Assembly (NCBI GenBank): GCA_964188305.1
Contig: OZ076888.1
Reading direction: 5' to 3' (one strand)
Source of the DNA: Podarcis bocagei
Taxonomy: Eukaryota
Length of the DNA: 64,000 bases
The position numbers were made by a program, and so were the translations under genes. Shown here piece after piece: positions 1-12,500 of this stretch (its first letter is position 1; each line of letters starts with the position of its first letter). A model generated the notes under the pieces. It saw nothing but the letters and a program-made list of their open reading frames with translations, was not told the origin of the DNA and ran no database searches.

Positions 1-363
1 CCGCGCTCCCAAGGCTTCCCCCTCCGTCTACGCGCAAAGGGAGCGTTGACTCCGTGGAGAGGGCAGGGGGCCTGTGGAGCCGCTCTTGACCCTTCCCGGG
101 GGCCCGAAAGGCTGCCTGCTCCTCGGGGTCCCTTGAAATCTCAGCCCTCCAGTTCGGCCTGCCTGTTGCGTGACCCCAGGTGCCTGGCAAAACTTGGCTC
201 AGGTAGGTTAAAGTTGGCGCCAGGGTCTATGGGTCCAGCTCTCCTCCGAGGCCCCTCCGCCGCCTGGGCCGTTGCCCCTGATGCTGCTTCGTGCTCCGGC
301 TGCTGTTTGAGGATAGAGGAGCCTTGAGGTGGACGGGCCCCTGGATCCGCAGAGGAAGGGACT
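1..363 (+). promoter_or_regulatory. GC/CpG-rich 5' region (promoter-proximal/5'UTR) of GOLIM4
   Basis: High GC and CpG density relative to introns; strong Kozak context actATGG at 364. Confidence 0.6.
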
Positions 364-550
364 ATGGGCAACGGGATGTGTTCCCGAAAGCAGAAGCGGA
401 TTCTGCAGTCCCTCTTGCTTCTCATCGTGATCTTCGGCTTCATCTACGGGGCAATGCTCTACTACGAGTTGCAGAGCCAGCTGAGGAAGGCGGAGGCTGT
501 GGCCCTCAAATACCAGCAGCACCAGGAGTCTCTATCAGCTCAGTTACAAG
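364..550 (+). CDS. GOLIM4: GOLIM4 exon 1 (cytoplasmic tail, TM anchor, start of coiled coil)
   Basis: MGNGMCSRKQKRILQSLLLLIVIFGFIYGAMLYYELQSQLRKAEAVALKYQQHQESLSAQLQ; donor AG|gtaaaa at 551; 187 nt. Confidence 0.97.
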
Positions 551-3500
551 GTAAAAGCTGCTTGGCTGCTCCCCCTCCGAAAGCTCTGCCTCCCCTTCCA
601 CTTTGGGGGCGGGGGGACGCTCCCAAAAGCTATTTTTATTTTTGTGTCCCAGCAAAGCGAGCCGTCCTAGTTCTGCAGCTGGTTACGCTGGGCTGTAGCT
701 CTGGTGTGCAGTTGTGTGTGCACATGCGCTATTGAAATTCATGGGAGTTGTGCGCATGCAGCGATCTGTGGAATTTCAGGCATGATGCAGCATCCATACT
801 GCCTTGTTGGGTTGAATCCTGGTCCATCCATTTCTTATCTGTCACCAGCAAGGAATGAAGGTGATGGATATCCTCTTGTTTATGACCAGCACCTGCTAAT
901 CACAGGTGTACTGCTATGGAAGATGGAGGTTCCATTGAGTTATTTAAAGCCAAACACTGCCGTGTCTTGCAATTGAGAATTCCATAATTTAACTACAGTG
1001 GTACCTCGGGTTACATACGCTTCAGGTTACAGACTCCGCTAACCCAGAAATAGTACCTCGGGTTAAGAACTTTGCTTCAGGATGAGAACAGAAATGGTAC
1101 TCTGGCGGCGCAGCAGCAGCGGGAGGCCCCATTAGCTAAAGTGGTGCTTCGGGTTAAGAACAGTTTCAGGTTAAGAACGGACCTCCGGAACGAATTAAGT
1201 ACATAACCAGAGGTACCACTGTATGCATTTTGTGAGGACCTTCCCTTCATCGTCATTAACCTCCTGCTGGTCAATGAAGTAGGTGGTGCTGACATCTAGT
1301 AGTATGAGAAAAGGAGGAAAGAAATAAAAAGTCCATCTATTCACTCTTTGTGCCATTCATAAGTTTATGAACCTCTGCCATGCTTCCCCTCCTTAGTTGT
1401 CTTTTCCCCAAAGAAGCAGCAACAGAAGGCTTGACCTGCAATCCTATAGCCTTAATTGGGACCAAGCCCTATGGAAACATGATGGGAGTCACTTCTGAGT
1501 AGTTGTTTATTATGCTCATGTATCACTTTTCCTCCAAGGAGCTCAAGGGAGCATAAATGGATTCCCCACCCTGCCATACTAGTGGCTCACCCAGTGAGCT
1601 CCATGGCTGAGTTGCCCCAGTTTTAATCCAGCACTCTGACCACTGCACCACACAACATAAGATTGTGCTGTGAATTGGCTGTGGAACGTTTCTTGGATCA
1701 TTTCCGTTGATCCGTTACTTGTGTTTTCACATTACCAGAATTGTGCTCAAATGTGAAAAACCTTTCGATTGTGAACTTAGCTTGCACCCTGGTGAATCTG
1801 CTTTTTCATCTTCAGGGCTGCCAGTTCTGGGCAGACAGCCCGTGCTTATGCAAAATATTTGGTTCAGCTGTGCAGGTATTAAGGACAAAAGTTTCCCTTC
1901 CCTTAAAGTACACATGGCACTGGGATGGGCAGAGTCCAGCGCCCTGATGGGGATAGAAAATGACCTGTATCCTGATCGTCTGGTCAAACATTTGATAAGC
2001 GGAGACAGGGTCATTAACCCACTTCTGCGCATATCAACTGAGTAGGGGGTGGCATCTGTTGGTCTGTGTGTCTATGCAGGATTTGTGAGAGGAAGATTGT
2101 GTGATGACCACACCCACTGCTGACTTGTGGCCCCCAGAGGATTGGTGAATGCCAAAAATTGTTAACAACCCCTTCTTTTCGCCGTTGCCTTTTCTAATTC
2201 GTCTTCACATTGAACTTTTTTGTGGAGCCACCTGTAAGATTCATTGCCTTTTTATATTATTATTTTTTCATTAGAAACTTACACCTATTTTTTTAAAAAA
2301 AAATAAACATTAAATTCACTCGTAGGCAGTTTACATGCTTAATGAGCAAAGTGCTCTTGGACAAGAACAGGTAACTGCTAGCCCGAGGGTTAGGTGCTGA
2401 GAATTTATCTGGCACTCCTATCAAAAGTTTCGTCAGGAGCTAGTAAACGATTTGCCACTGTTTCACGTTATCAAGCTGTAATCAGGACAGGCAGGAAAAC
2501 AGGAGATTACACTACTGTAAAGTGACAGAATCCTCAAATAAGATGCGTGGAACATGTCCGTCCACATAGTTCTATGCAATGTTAGTCTCAGCCCATGTGC
2601 TCTATAACTTGGGAATCTGTGTTTGCCAGATGTCTTCAAACGTTATCATAAAGCTTTATCAGTTGGGAAGGGGCCTATTTTGTGATGAAATAGACTTCTA
2701 CCCTTCTCTACCTCTGAGCTGCTGTCTGGAGTTTAGAGCAGCTCTCAGGAAGAAAGTTGTTCATCCCAGCTTTTTGTTGTAATAAAAAGTTCCAGAAAGC
2801 GACAAATTGATGAACTAAAATGTCTCTGTGCCAAGGTGATGCTTTACCATACAGGTTCTTACTTGAGGAAAGTCGACAGCCGATATGCAAGCTAAAGTTC
2901 TGTCTGTATTGTTGCCCTGCAGATTACTTAAAGTGGACGCTCTTTCAATTATTATTGAAAAAGGCAATGAAAACAGCATTATTATTATTATTTTTAAAAT
3001 CAGGTTTGCAGTTTGCTTGAGAAGCTCTCGTATCCGAGCTATGAGCCTGCTTCTTCATTTTTATTTCATAAAATTTATGCACTGCTTTATTGTAAAAACA
3101 AACCTCAAAGTGGTTTACAAAAAGACAAAACAATAAAATTATCAATGAGAAAAATGAATAAAAGCAATTTAAGACTTTTGAAAAGTTAAAATAAAAATAG
3201 ACTGAAAAGAGAATGAAATTCACACCAACTTTCTAAATGTCTGGGTAGGCTTGTCTAAACAAAAAATGTTTTTAGCAGGCGCCCAAAAAAGTACAGTGAA
3301 GGCGCCTGCTTGATATCAAAAGCCTGAGATATGTCAGTGAACTGTCTTGGCAATAAATAACTTTGACATCTAGTGGTGCTTCATAAACACCCTTTCATCT
3401 TCCCCTGCTCTGTTTTTGCAATACTGGGCAGGCAACAAAACATGAGAATTTATCAAGTAGTTGGTAGACAGGCTTTCCTAGCTGGTGGGCTGTGTATGGC

Positions 3501-6500
3501 TTGGTAAGCCACAAGTTGTACATCCTTGGTTTTTAAATTCCTTTTCTTCGGGGGCAATCGAATGCACTTCGCCTCCTACTGAATTCAGTCAGACTTATAG
3601 GGAGACATGCACAGGGGTATAGTATCACTTTGCTTTCTATTTAAATGACTTGGAATTATCCGCTTTGCGTCTTCAGAATGGATGGGGTTATAAATTTAAA
3701 TTATTGAAATGGGATCAATGTGTTGTTGGCAGTTTTTTAAACAACAACAACAACGTTGCTGTGTCTTTTAGATGATTAGCTGCAAAAAGTAATGTTTGAA
3801 ACAGGGATTGACCCAAAAGTTTCTAAGCCATATTAGCATAAGCCTACCAACTGGAAAATACCGACCGACATCATTCATATGCTGTTGATGTGATGATGGA
3901 AGGTAAGAATGCTCCCCTGTGGTGTATTTGTGAGAATTAAAGTTCCATGAAGCAATACCAGGAAGAGAAATACAGCTCATAATAAAATGTCCTATTTAAT
4001 ATTGGAATATCCATTTGGTTACAACATAACACATGGAAACTTTCTCAATCACATCTTCTGAAAATGATTGTGTTGCAGATGAATATTGGAAACATATTTT
4101 TGAGTGCTAGTAATTCTGCTAAGGCTAATCAAGTCAGAGCATTAAATCGATGGACCAGTATAAGTAATAATTATAGTAATCTGTAGCATTTTATGTAGCA
4201 CAGAGCCAAAAACTCATTTTGCGCATATATATATATGTAAAATCTCAGTCAACCTGCAATAGCCAATGATAGCTGCCCCTGTTGCAGCCCTATCAAACTT
4301 TTAAGTTGTTTAAAGGCTGCCTTTGTTTTCACTTGTAAAGTAGAGACAGTGTTTTATCTAAAGATAATAAGAAACAGATTATACCCTCTTGGGATTTTGA
4401 GAGTAATACACAAGAGACATGCATTCTTCATAGTTATGAAGTCTTCTCATTAGGTCTTGACTACTTAATTGTAGAAATGGCTACCTGTGAAAAAAAGTTT
4501 GGGTGGAAAAATATATTTCTGACCTCCATATCAGTAGAAGTATCTGAAATATAGAGAATACATGTAGTGAATGTCCTGAAGGAACATCTCCATCCTCATT
4601 GTTCTGCCCGGACACTGAGGTCCAGCACTGAGAACCTTCTGGCGGTTCCCTCACTGCGAGAAGCCAAGTTACAGGGAACCAGGCAGAGGGCCTTCTCGGT
4701 AGTGGCACCCACCCTGTGGAACGCCCTCCCACCAGATGTCAAAGAGAAGAACATCTACCAGACTTTTAGAAGACATCTGAAGGCAGCCATGTTTAGGGAA
4801 GTTTTTAATGTTTGATGTTTTATTGTGTTTTTGATATTCTGTTGGGAGCTGCCCAGAGTGGCTGGGGAAATGTTATATCACACTCACTATGTGCAGGTGT
4901 GTGCTTGTGACATCGCATGTCCACGTTGCAGCGGCAGCAGCAGCGGTTCCTCTTCCTCCTTCTGTCTGCAGCCAGCGAGGCACCATTTCCTTGGGGAGGG
5001 GCTCAGACTCAGAGGCAGAGAGACTTTGCCTCCATGTCTGAGCCCTGCCCTGCCCGAAAAGGGTGCCTGGCTGTGGAGGTTGGAGGTGAACTTCTCTCTC
5101 AAAGGCAGTGCTGTTGCTGCCTGCCACCTGTGCTCATTTACTTTATGTGTGCCCAGCCCCCACAGTTATATTATTGTGGGTGCCCAAGCACCCATGGCCC
5201 TTGGAGATAGCCCCTATGTGCTAAATACTGTCTTCTTTATGCTGGAACATGAAGCATGTCCACCTTTTTCAGAAACTATTTCCAAGCTGCAATACTGTGT
5301 TGGTCATTTACCCTCGCTAGATTCAACGTGCTGCCATCTGCCTTATTGCAGGGCGGATTCGAGGGTAAACCATACGTGGAATGACTCTGCCCCTGCGGCT
5401 TGGTGGAGGTAGAAACTGTCTCTCATGTCTTGTTACGCTGCCGTTTCTACGGGGATATAAGCTCGGTACTTATCACTCCTGTTATACAAAAATCTCCAAA
5501 TGGGTCCAAACTTCAATGTCTAAAACACCTGCTAGAGGACAAGGATCACGCTAAGGGTGGCCAAATTCTGTGCGACTGCCATAAAACGTAGGGAACAAAC
5601 TGTACTACCAGAAGGATTAAGGTTTTAAATGACAATTTTAGGTTTTATTTTAGTGCTCAAGATTTAATACATATTTTTAACTGCTGCTACATCTGTATTG
5701 TCTCTGTTATACCCAATTGCAATTCAATGTATTCTTGCTGTGTTTTATGATTTTCCTGATATTGTAAGTGAGCTGGAACTGTTCTGTGACTGTAATAATA
5801 AAATTCATGCAATACTGTGGACTAGAATGTTTGACCAATTACATTGTAACTGTTGCATAGATATAGTTACTCTCTTTTTGGACTCAGAATTGCATTCAGG
5901 CAACAGTCAAAAGCAACTGTTTCCGAGTTCCTAGGGAGTCATCAAATTCTGAACATTTACTGTAATGGGGTTCTTAAAACCTAGATTGCATGGGTGACTA
6001 AGGCTGCTTCTCTGGGAGTAAGTCCAGCTGAACTCTGTGAGACTTACTTTTGAGTAGACATGCCTAGCTTTGAACTGCAGTGAAGTTGAGGTGTTGTATC
6101 CATTCAGTTTCAGAGATGCAGTCATTGGGACAAACCTGTGTTCGCCAAACCTCTGTATACTGAAAAGGTACATAAAGCATTTTGGCCTAGTGTTTACTGT
6201 GTGGCAGATGGACCAAGTTGGCAGCTTGGTGCGTTTGACAAACATATTTGAAGAGCTGTTTCTGGAAATGAACATCATGTCCCTTTGTGAAGTTAAAATC
6301 CAGCAACTCTGTGTCACCCTTCTTTCCTGCGTGTCTGCCCCCCGGCCAGTTTGCTTTTGCCAAACTAGAAAATAACATAGCCTTGCTCCTGAAATGTACC
6401 GGTACAGGAAACTTTGGCACATTGCTGTCTTAATGTGGAGCAAATGCCGGGTGAGTATTTGTCTTATTAAAATAAGCAAATGCACAAAAGGCCGTTGCAC

Positions 6501-9500
6501 AGAAGCAGTCAGTCAGAAGAGGAACAGATCATGGATCACAGAGCAATTTATCTGAGAAGGCGTTCCCAAGATAATTTAATACACATTAATTAAACTCTCA
6601 TCATGCTCTGTCAAGCCTTTTGTTCGCTCGAAGAGATGGCTGAAACGCAGCAAAGGGGGACTTTTTCTGACAGTTTGTGTAAAGTGTGGAGATACAATCC
6701 TCATCTGCATTTAACCATTTTTTAAAAAAATATTACTCATATAATGAATGGTACACACATGAGAATGCAGCACTGGAGATTAGCTGATGACCCTCAGCTG
6801 AACGTTGGGACATATTCCATTGAAAAGCACTCTGTGGGTCAGTGCGAAAATTTTGCTTTTGGTGTTCAGTGTGTGATGGCTCACTCATCTGTGCGTTGAT
6901 GTGCACATTGTGGTCTAGTGGTTAGAGTCAGACCAGGGTTCTAGACCCACTCCCCTTCCCCAGCCATGAAGCTCACTGGTGACCTAACACTGCCTCACAG
7001 GGTTGTTGTGGGGATAAAATGGGGGAAGGAAGAATGATATACATCACCTTAAGTTCCTTGCAGGAAATAGGGGATAAAAAATGTAATACATATAAATAAT
7101 AAATTATCACACGATGTTGCAACCATCAAGTGATGAACTGGCATGTGTGAACCAGTTCCCATTCTGTTCCAGCCAATCTGCATTAAGTGGTTCTTTGCTT
7201 TTTGCAAAGTGATACCTTGGTTCTCAAACATAATCCATTCCAGAAGTCCGTTCTAAAAGCAAAGCGTTCCAAAACCAAGGCGCGCTTTCCCATCGAAAGT
7301 AATGCAAAATGGATTAATCACTTCCAGACTTTTAAAAATAATAACCCCTAAAACAGCAATTTAACGTGAATTTTACTATCTAATGAGACCATTGATCCAT
7401 AAAATGAAAGCAATAAATAATGTACTTTAGTCACACAGTCAATCAGTCAGTAGCTGAACTGGGTTCCACACAGTCACAAAAACAAAAAAGAGCCACAAAA
7501 ACACAAAATAAATAGCAAAAACAGACAGACCTCAGTGTAACACTCAAAACAGAAGTGTGGCACCCAAGTCAGAAGCATAACACTCAAAACAGAGCACATT
7601 CGGCTTCCAAAAAAAGTTTGCAAACTGGAACACTTACTTCCGAGTTTGCAGTGTTTGGGTTCCAGGTTGTTTGAGTACAAAGGCGTTTGAGAACCAAGGC
7701 ACCACTGTATTTCCATGCAGAAGTGTATATAGCCTTTAGGAGCTTCTCTTTTCCCCGTACCACTGATCTGTAATCTGTGTCCCTCAAGATCACATCGGCA
7801 AGCAAGGGATAATGAAGACCATGGTGGAGAATGGTAACAGGAATGCTGTAAGCACAAATGTCTGTTCTGGCTGACTGAACAAATACCATGGGGTTATTCT
7901 TCTGCTCTACCTGTGTCAAAGCTCCATGGGAGACGGATATCAACCACTGAAAAAAGTCTGTTGTAGTGAGTTTTGCCCCCCCCCCCCCAGCACTAATTTA
8001 GGACTAAGTTCATGAAGCATGGCAACATTTGCATTGGTACCATTCTGATCAGAGGACTGGGCTCCTTAGCTGCAGAGTGCAAAAAAACTCAAATAGATGC
8101 AAAAAAGAGAGGCTGTTTATTTATTTTTTAAAGAATGTAATAAAAGGTTCTGGACTCATGTTATCCAAATGCCCCTTGGGTAAAAGCTGAATTGCACAAG
8201 CTGCTTAAGTTATACAAAAGCAAGGTTTCGTATTTTACTGTTTGAATAATTTGTTCTGCTGCCCACAACTGCAGAAAGAGCAGATGACCAAGATGGACTG
8301 TTGTCCCTCACCCGGTTTCTGAGATTTCATCTGGCATTGCCTGTGGCTTCCCAGTACCTTCTCACACATAAGGTGTAGGCAAATCTGTCTGTTTCAGTTT
8401 CTCTCATTCCCCCCTCCCCCCCCCCGTCTTAAGTTCAGGACAGTTCCACATTAGTTTGCATTTTTTTTTAAGCCATGAAAATTCACCAACCTTTTAGTGT
8501 GAATGTATTCAAACCTATACAAGTTTGTATAGTGGTACCTCGGTTTACGAACAGTCCTGTTTACGAACTATTTGGTTTACGAACTCTGCAAAACTGGAAG
8601 TAGTGTTCTGGTTTGTGAACTTTACCTTGGTCTAAGAATGGAAGCCGAACGGTGGAAGGGCACCGGCAGAGGTAGGCCTCATTAGGGAAAGTGTGCCTTA
8701 GTTTAAGAACGGATTTGGTTTAAGAATGAACTCAAGGAATGGATTAAGTTCATAAACCGAGGTACCACTGTATGCAGTTTTGGCCTTTGCAAAGCAGCTT
8801 CTCCTAATATAAAGCATTTTTATATTTTATATGCATATATATATATACTTTACCACAATATATGCATTCTTACACACATGACTTGGCTGGAAAACTACAT
8901 TGCAAAATTGGGAGAAATGTGAATTTCAAAGGGTGGCTGTTCTTGCTCACATTTTGTTCTGGAAAGTCCAAATTTGCATTTTAAATACAAACCGAATATA
9001 ATTTCTCTCCCTCCCCCACCCCTGCCCTTATTAAATGAGAAAAAAACATAGAATTTATTCCTATATATTAAAACATGGATTTGTTGCCGGGGGGGGGGGT
9101 TAGGAATGGCATTTTATACATGTCTACTCCTAAGTAAATCTCATTGGTAGTGATGGACCTTTCTCCCAGTTAAATGGGTATAGGATTGCAGCCTGAAATG
9201 GTATAATACTGTGTGCGGTTTATGTAGTGTTCAGTGGGATGAAGACAATGCCATCTAAGCATGTTTTGCTGCCTGCACGATTCAGGCAAAAATCTATAAA
9301 TAGTTACTTTCTCCATTTACCAGCGTGGCTTTAACCAGTTGCTCTTTTGTGAAATGGATACTGATGTAATTTTGGAAGAGCAGGAATGTTAGCTCAGCCT
9401 GCCCAAGTGCTTAAAATAGGAATTACTCCGCGGTCTTCGGTAAGAATTAAAAACCCTGCATGCCCAAACGAGCTTCAGGAAATGTGATAGCATGGGAGGT

Positions 9501-12500
9501 CTAGACAGTTACCACATCGTTGTCCAAATAAAAGCGAGTGAACGGCTCATGGGGCAGGAGCAAGAGAGCATCTGAAAAGAAGAACAAATGAAAAGACAAA
9601 CCTCTGTATCAAAAAGTGTCGTGTCATTTCACCTCCGGCCTGAAATAATCTTGCAATTTCCCTTTGGTCTTTGTTCTTAGATCTGGGCTTTCAATCCTGC
9701 CTACCAGTTTCCTGTGTTTGAAGGGCCAAAGCTTTGTCTTAGATTGTAAGCCTATGGGAGGTTTCCTCAGCCTGGTGCAATCCTGGTACGCTGAGCTGCA
9801 TTGTCCCAAATGCTATTTAACAACAAAAATGCAATTGGGAGCAGTGATCAGGAGGTTTGGGGCTCTCACTGCCTCCAGTACTCAGTAAGGGCAACATGAC
9901 CAGCAATTTGACTCTCTTTAGTTTTGCCGTGGCCTGGTGATTATATCAAGCTGGTGGCACAACAGAGGTGGGCATTTTTGCTGATGGCACCATATGCTTT
10001 CCCTGCCGAAATCTGGGATCCATTCTGACAGTTCTCATAGCCTCACCTGTTTAGACAAGCATTTCCCTGCTCTGACCTGAATCTCCTGTTTTGATTGATG
10101 TCTTAATGGTTATGCTGTGTTAATGGGCTTGAGTTATTTTATATTTCAATCATGGATTAATGTAGTTGCATTATAGATAGATAGATAGATAGATTCTTTA
10201 TTGTCATTACACTAGTGCAACATTGCACAAGTGCAACGAAATTGGATGCCATCCCTTAAAAACAGTAAAAGCAAAACAACAACAACAACCAAACAAACCA
10301 CCTTCCAACCACACCCACCCCCACCCCCAAAAACTCCCAGATCTCACTATCGAGTTACAGCATTCAAAAAGGCCACAGCTCTTGGATAGAAACTGTTTTT
10401 CAGTCTATTTGTCCTTGACTTGATGTTTCTATACCTCCTGCCAGAAGGCAGTAGTGCAAACAGACTGTATCCCGGGTGAGATGGATCCTGCAGGATGTTG
10501 TTTGCTTTCCTAAGGCAACGGGAACCGTACAGTTCTTCCAAAGGTGGGAGAGGGTGACCAATAATCCTTTGGGCTGTGGTTATGACCTTCTGGAGCACCT
10601 TCCTCTCTCTAGCTGTACAACTGGAGAACCAAGCACAAATACAGTATGTGAGTATGCTCTCTATGGAGCCTCGGTAGAAGGACACCAGTAGTCTCTCACT
10701 CAGATTGTTCTTTTTTAAAAGTCTGAGGAAATAAATTCTCTGCTGGGCCTTCTTCACCAGAGCAGTGATATTTGCGCTCCAAGTCATGCCCTGATCCATA
10801 GTCACTCCCAAAAACCTGAATTCCGCCACCCTCTCCACCCGTTCCCCGTTGATATACAAGGGCTGAATGTCCGCCTTTTTTCCCCTGTAATCCACCACCA
10901 ATTCCTTGGTCTTAGCCGTATTAAGAGCCAGATTGTTCTCTCCACACCAAACACAGAGCCGCTCCACCTCGTCCCGATAGGCGGACTCATCCCCTCCTGA
11001 GATGAGCCCCACCACCGTAGTATCATCAGCAAACTTGATGATTTTGTTGCTGGAGTAGATGGCTGTACAGTCATACGTATAGAGAGCATAGAGCAGGGGA
11101 CTCAACACACAACCCTGTGGTGAGCCGGTGTTAAGGCTAAGGGCTGTGGACACATGTGACCCTACTCTAACCCTCTGAGAACGTTCTGACAAAAAATCCA
11201 AAACCCAGAGACAGGTGGAGTTGGGGAGTCCAATCGTCTCTAGCTTGGACACCAGTCTATGGGGGAGGATAGTGTTAAAAGCAGAGCTAAAATCCACAAA
11301 CAGCAGCCTCACATAATTCCCCGGCTGCTCCAGATGGGACAGAGCAGCATGGAGAGTGGTGGTGATAGCGTCTTCTGTGGATCTATTTGCCCTGTAAGCA
11401 AACTGGTAGTTGTCAAAAGTTAATGGAAGACAAGAAATAATATGACGGCGCACCAGTTTCTCAAAACACTTCATGATGATTGGAGTCAGTGCAACTGGTC
11501 TGTAGTCATTCAAACTACTGATTGTGGATTTTTTAGGCAGAGGGACAATAGTTGACGACTTCAGGCAGGGTGGGACAATAGACTGGTGTAAGGACTTGTT
11601 GAAGATCGTAGTAAAGACCCTCGCCAGCTGATCCGCACAGCCCTTCAACACCTTTCCAGTGATGCCATCAGGTCCAGCCGCCTTCCTCGGATTCACCATC
11701 CTCAATACTTGTCTCACCTCGTGCTCCTCTACAGTGAATGAGGGGCCCCTATGGGCTGGTGGCTGTAATACCGGCGTCTCAGGTGGCTCCTTCTCGAAGC
11801 GAGCAAAGAAGAGGTTAAGCTCCTCCGCCAGCAAAGGGTCGCCGTCGACAGCGCCAAGGTTAGGTTTGTAGTTGGTAATATGCTGAATCCCCTGCCACAT
11901 CTGTCTTATGTTGTTGCTCCTTAAATTATCCTCAATCCTCTGCCTATAATCCAGTTTTGCCCGTCGAATGCCCCTCTTCAAGTTTGCTCTTGCCACACTG
12001 TAACGCTGCACCTCGCCCGACCTGAAAGCCCTGTTCCTTTCCCGCAGCAGGGGAGTTGCATTTTTAAAAAATAATAATTTGGTTTCTTCTTGTTATTTTG
12101 CTTTTGGCTCTTAATTGTTTGAATGGCCTCTTTCATGAAAGGAAAGGTAGTATATAAATTCTATTATTATTAATAATAGTAATAAAAATAAGTCCCATCG
12201 TCCCAAATCAATGGCTCTGCTGACTCAGGCTGATATCTGGAGCAGGGGTGGAGGAAGTGGGGGCGGTTTGCCCTGGGTGTTACCATTGAGGGGGGTGACA
12301 AAATGCCATGCGTCTCTCATGGGAGTGATATGGTGGCTTGGGCACCCACAGGCTCCATGCTTCCCCAGACGGTCCACCCGCCACCTCTCCCTCAGCTGTA
12401 GGGCAGCTGAGTGGGAAGAGGCAGGTAGACTCCTCGGAGGCCCCACGGAGCGTCCTGCCCTGGCTTGCCCTGCCCCTGCGGGCGGCTGTCCCTGTCCCTG

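Noticed and set aside
551-735. Extension of ORF 364..735 past LQ
   Set aside because: Read-through into intron 1; the donor at 551 and exon 2 restore the GOLIM4 sequence.
4825-6500. 195-aa (+) and 189-aa (-) ORFs in intron 1
   Set aside because: No recognisable domain; they overlap degenerate repeats and are consistent with chance ORFs.
10347-12011. Domesticated RT gene or autonomous element
   Set aside because: 5'-truncated, with no ATG, promoter or endonuclease; TSD and tail indicate an ordinary recent insertion.
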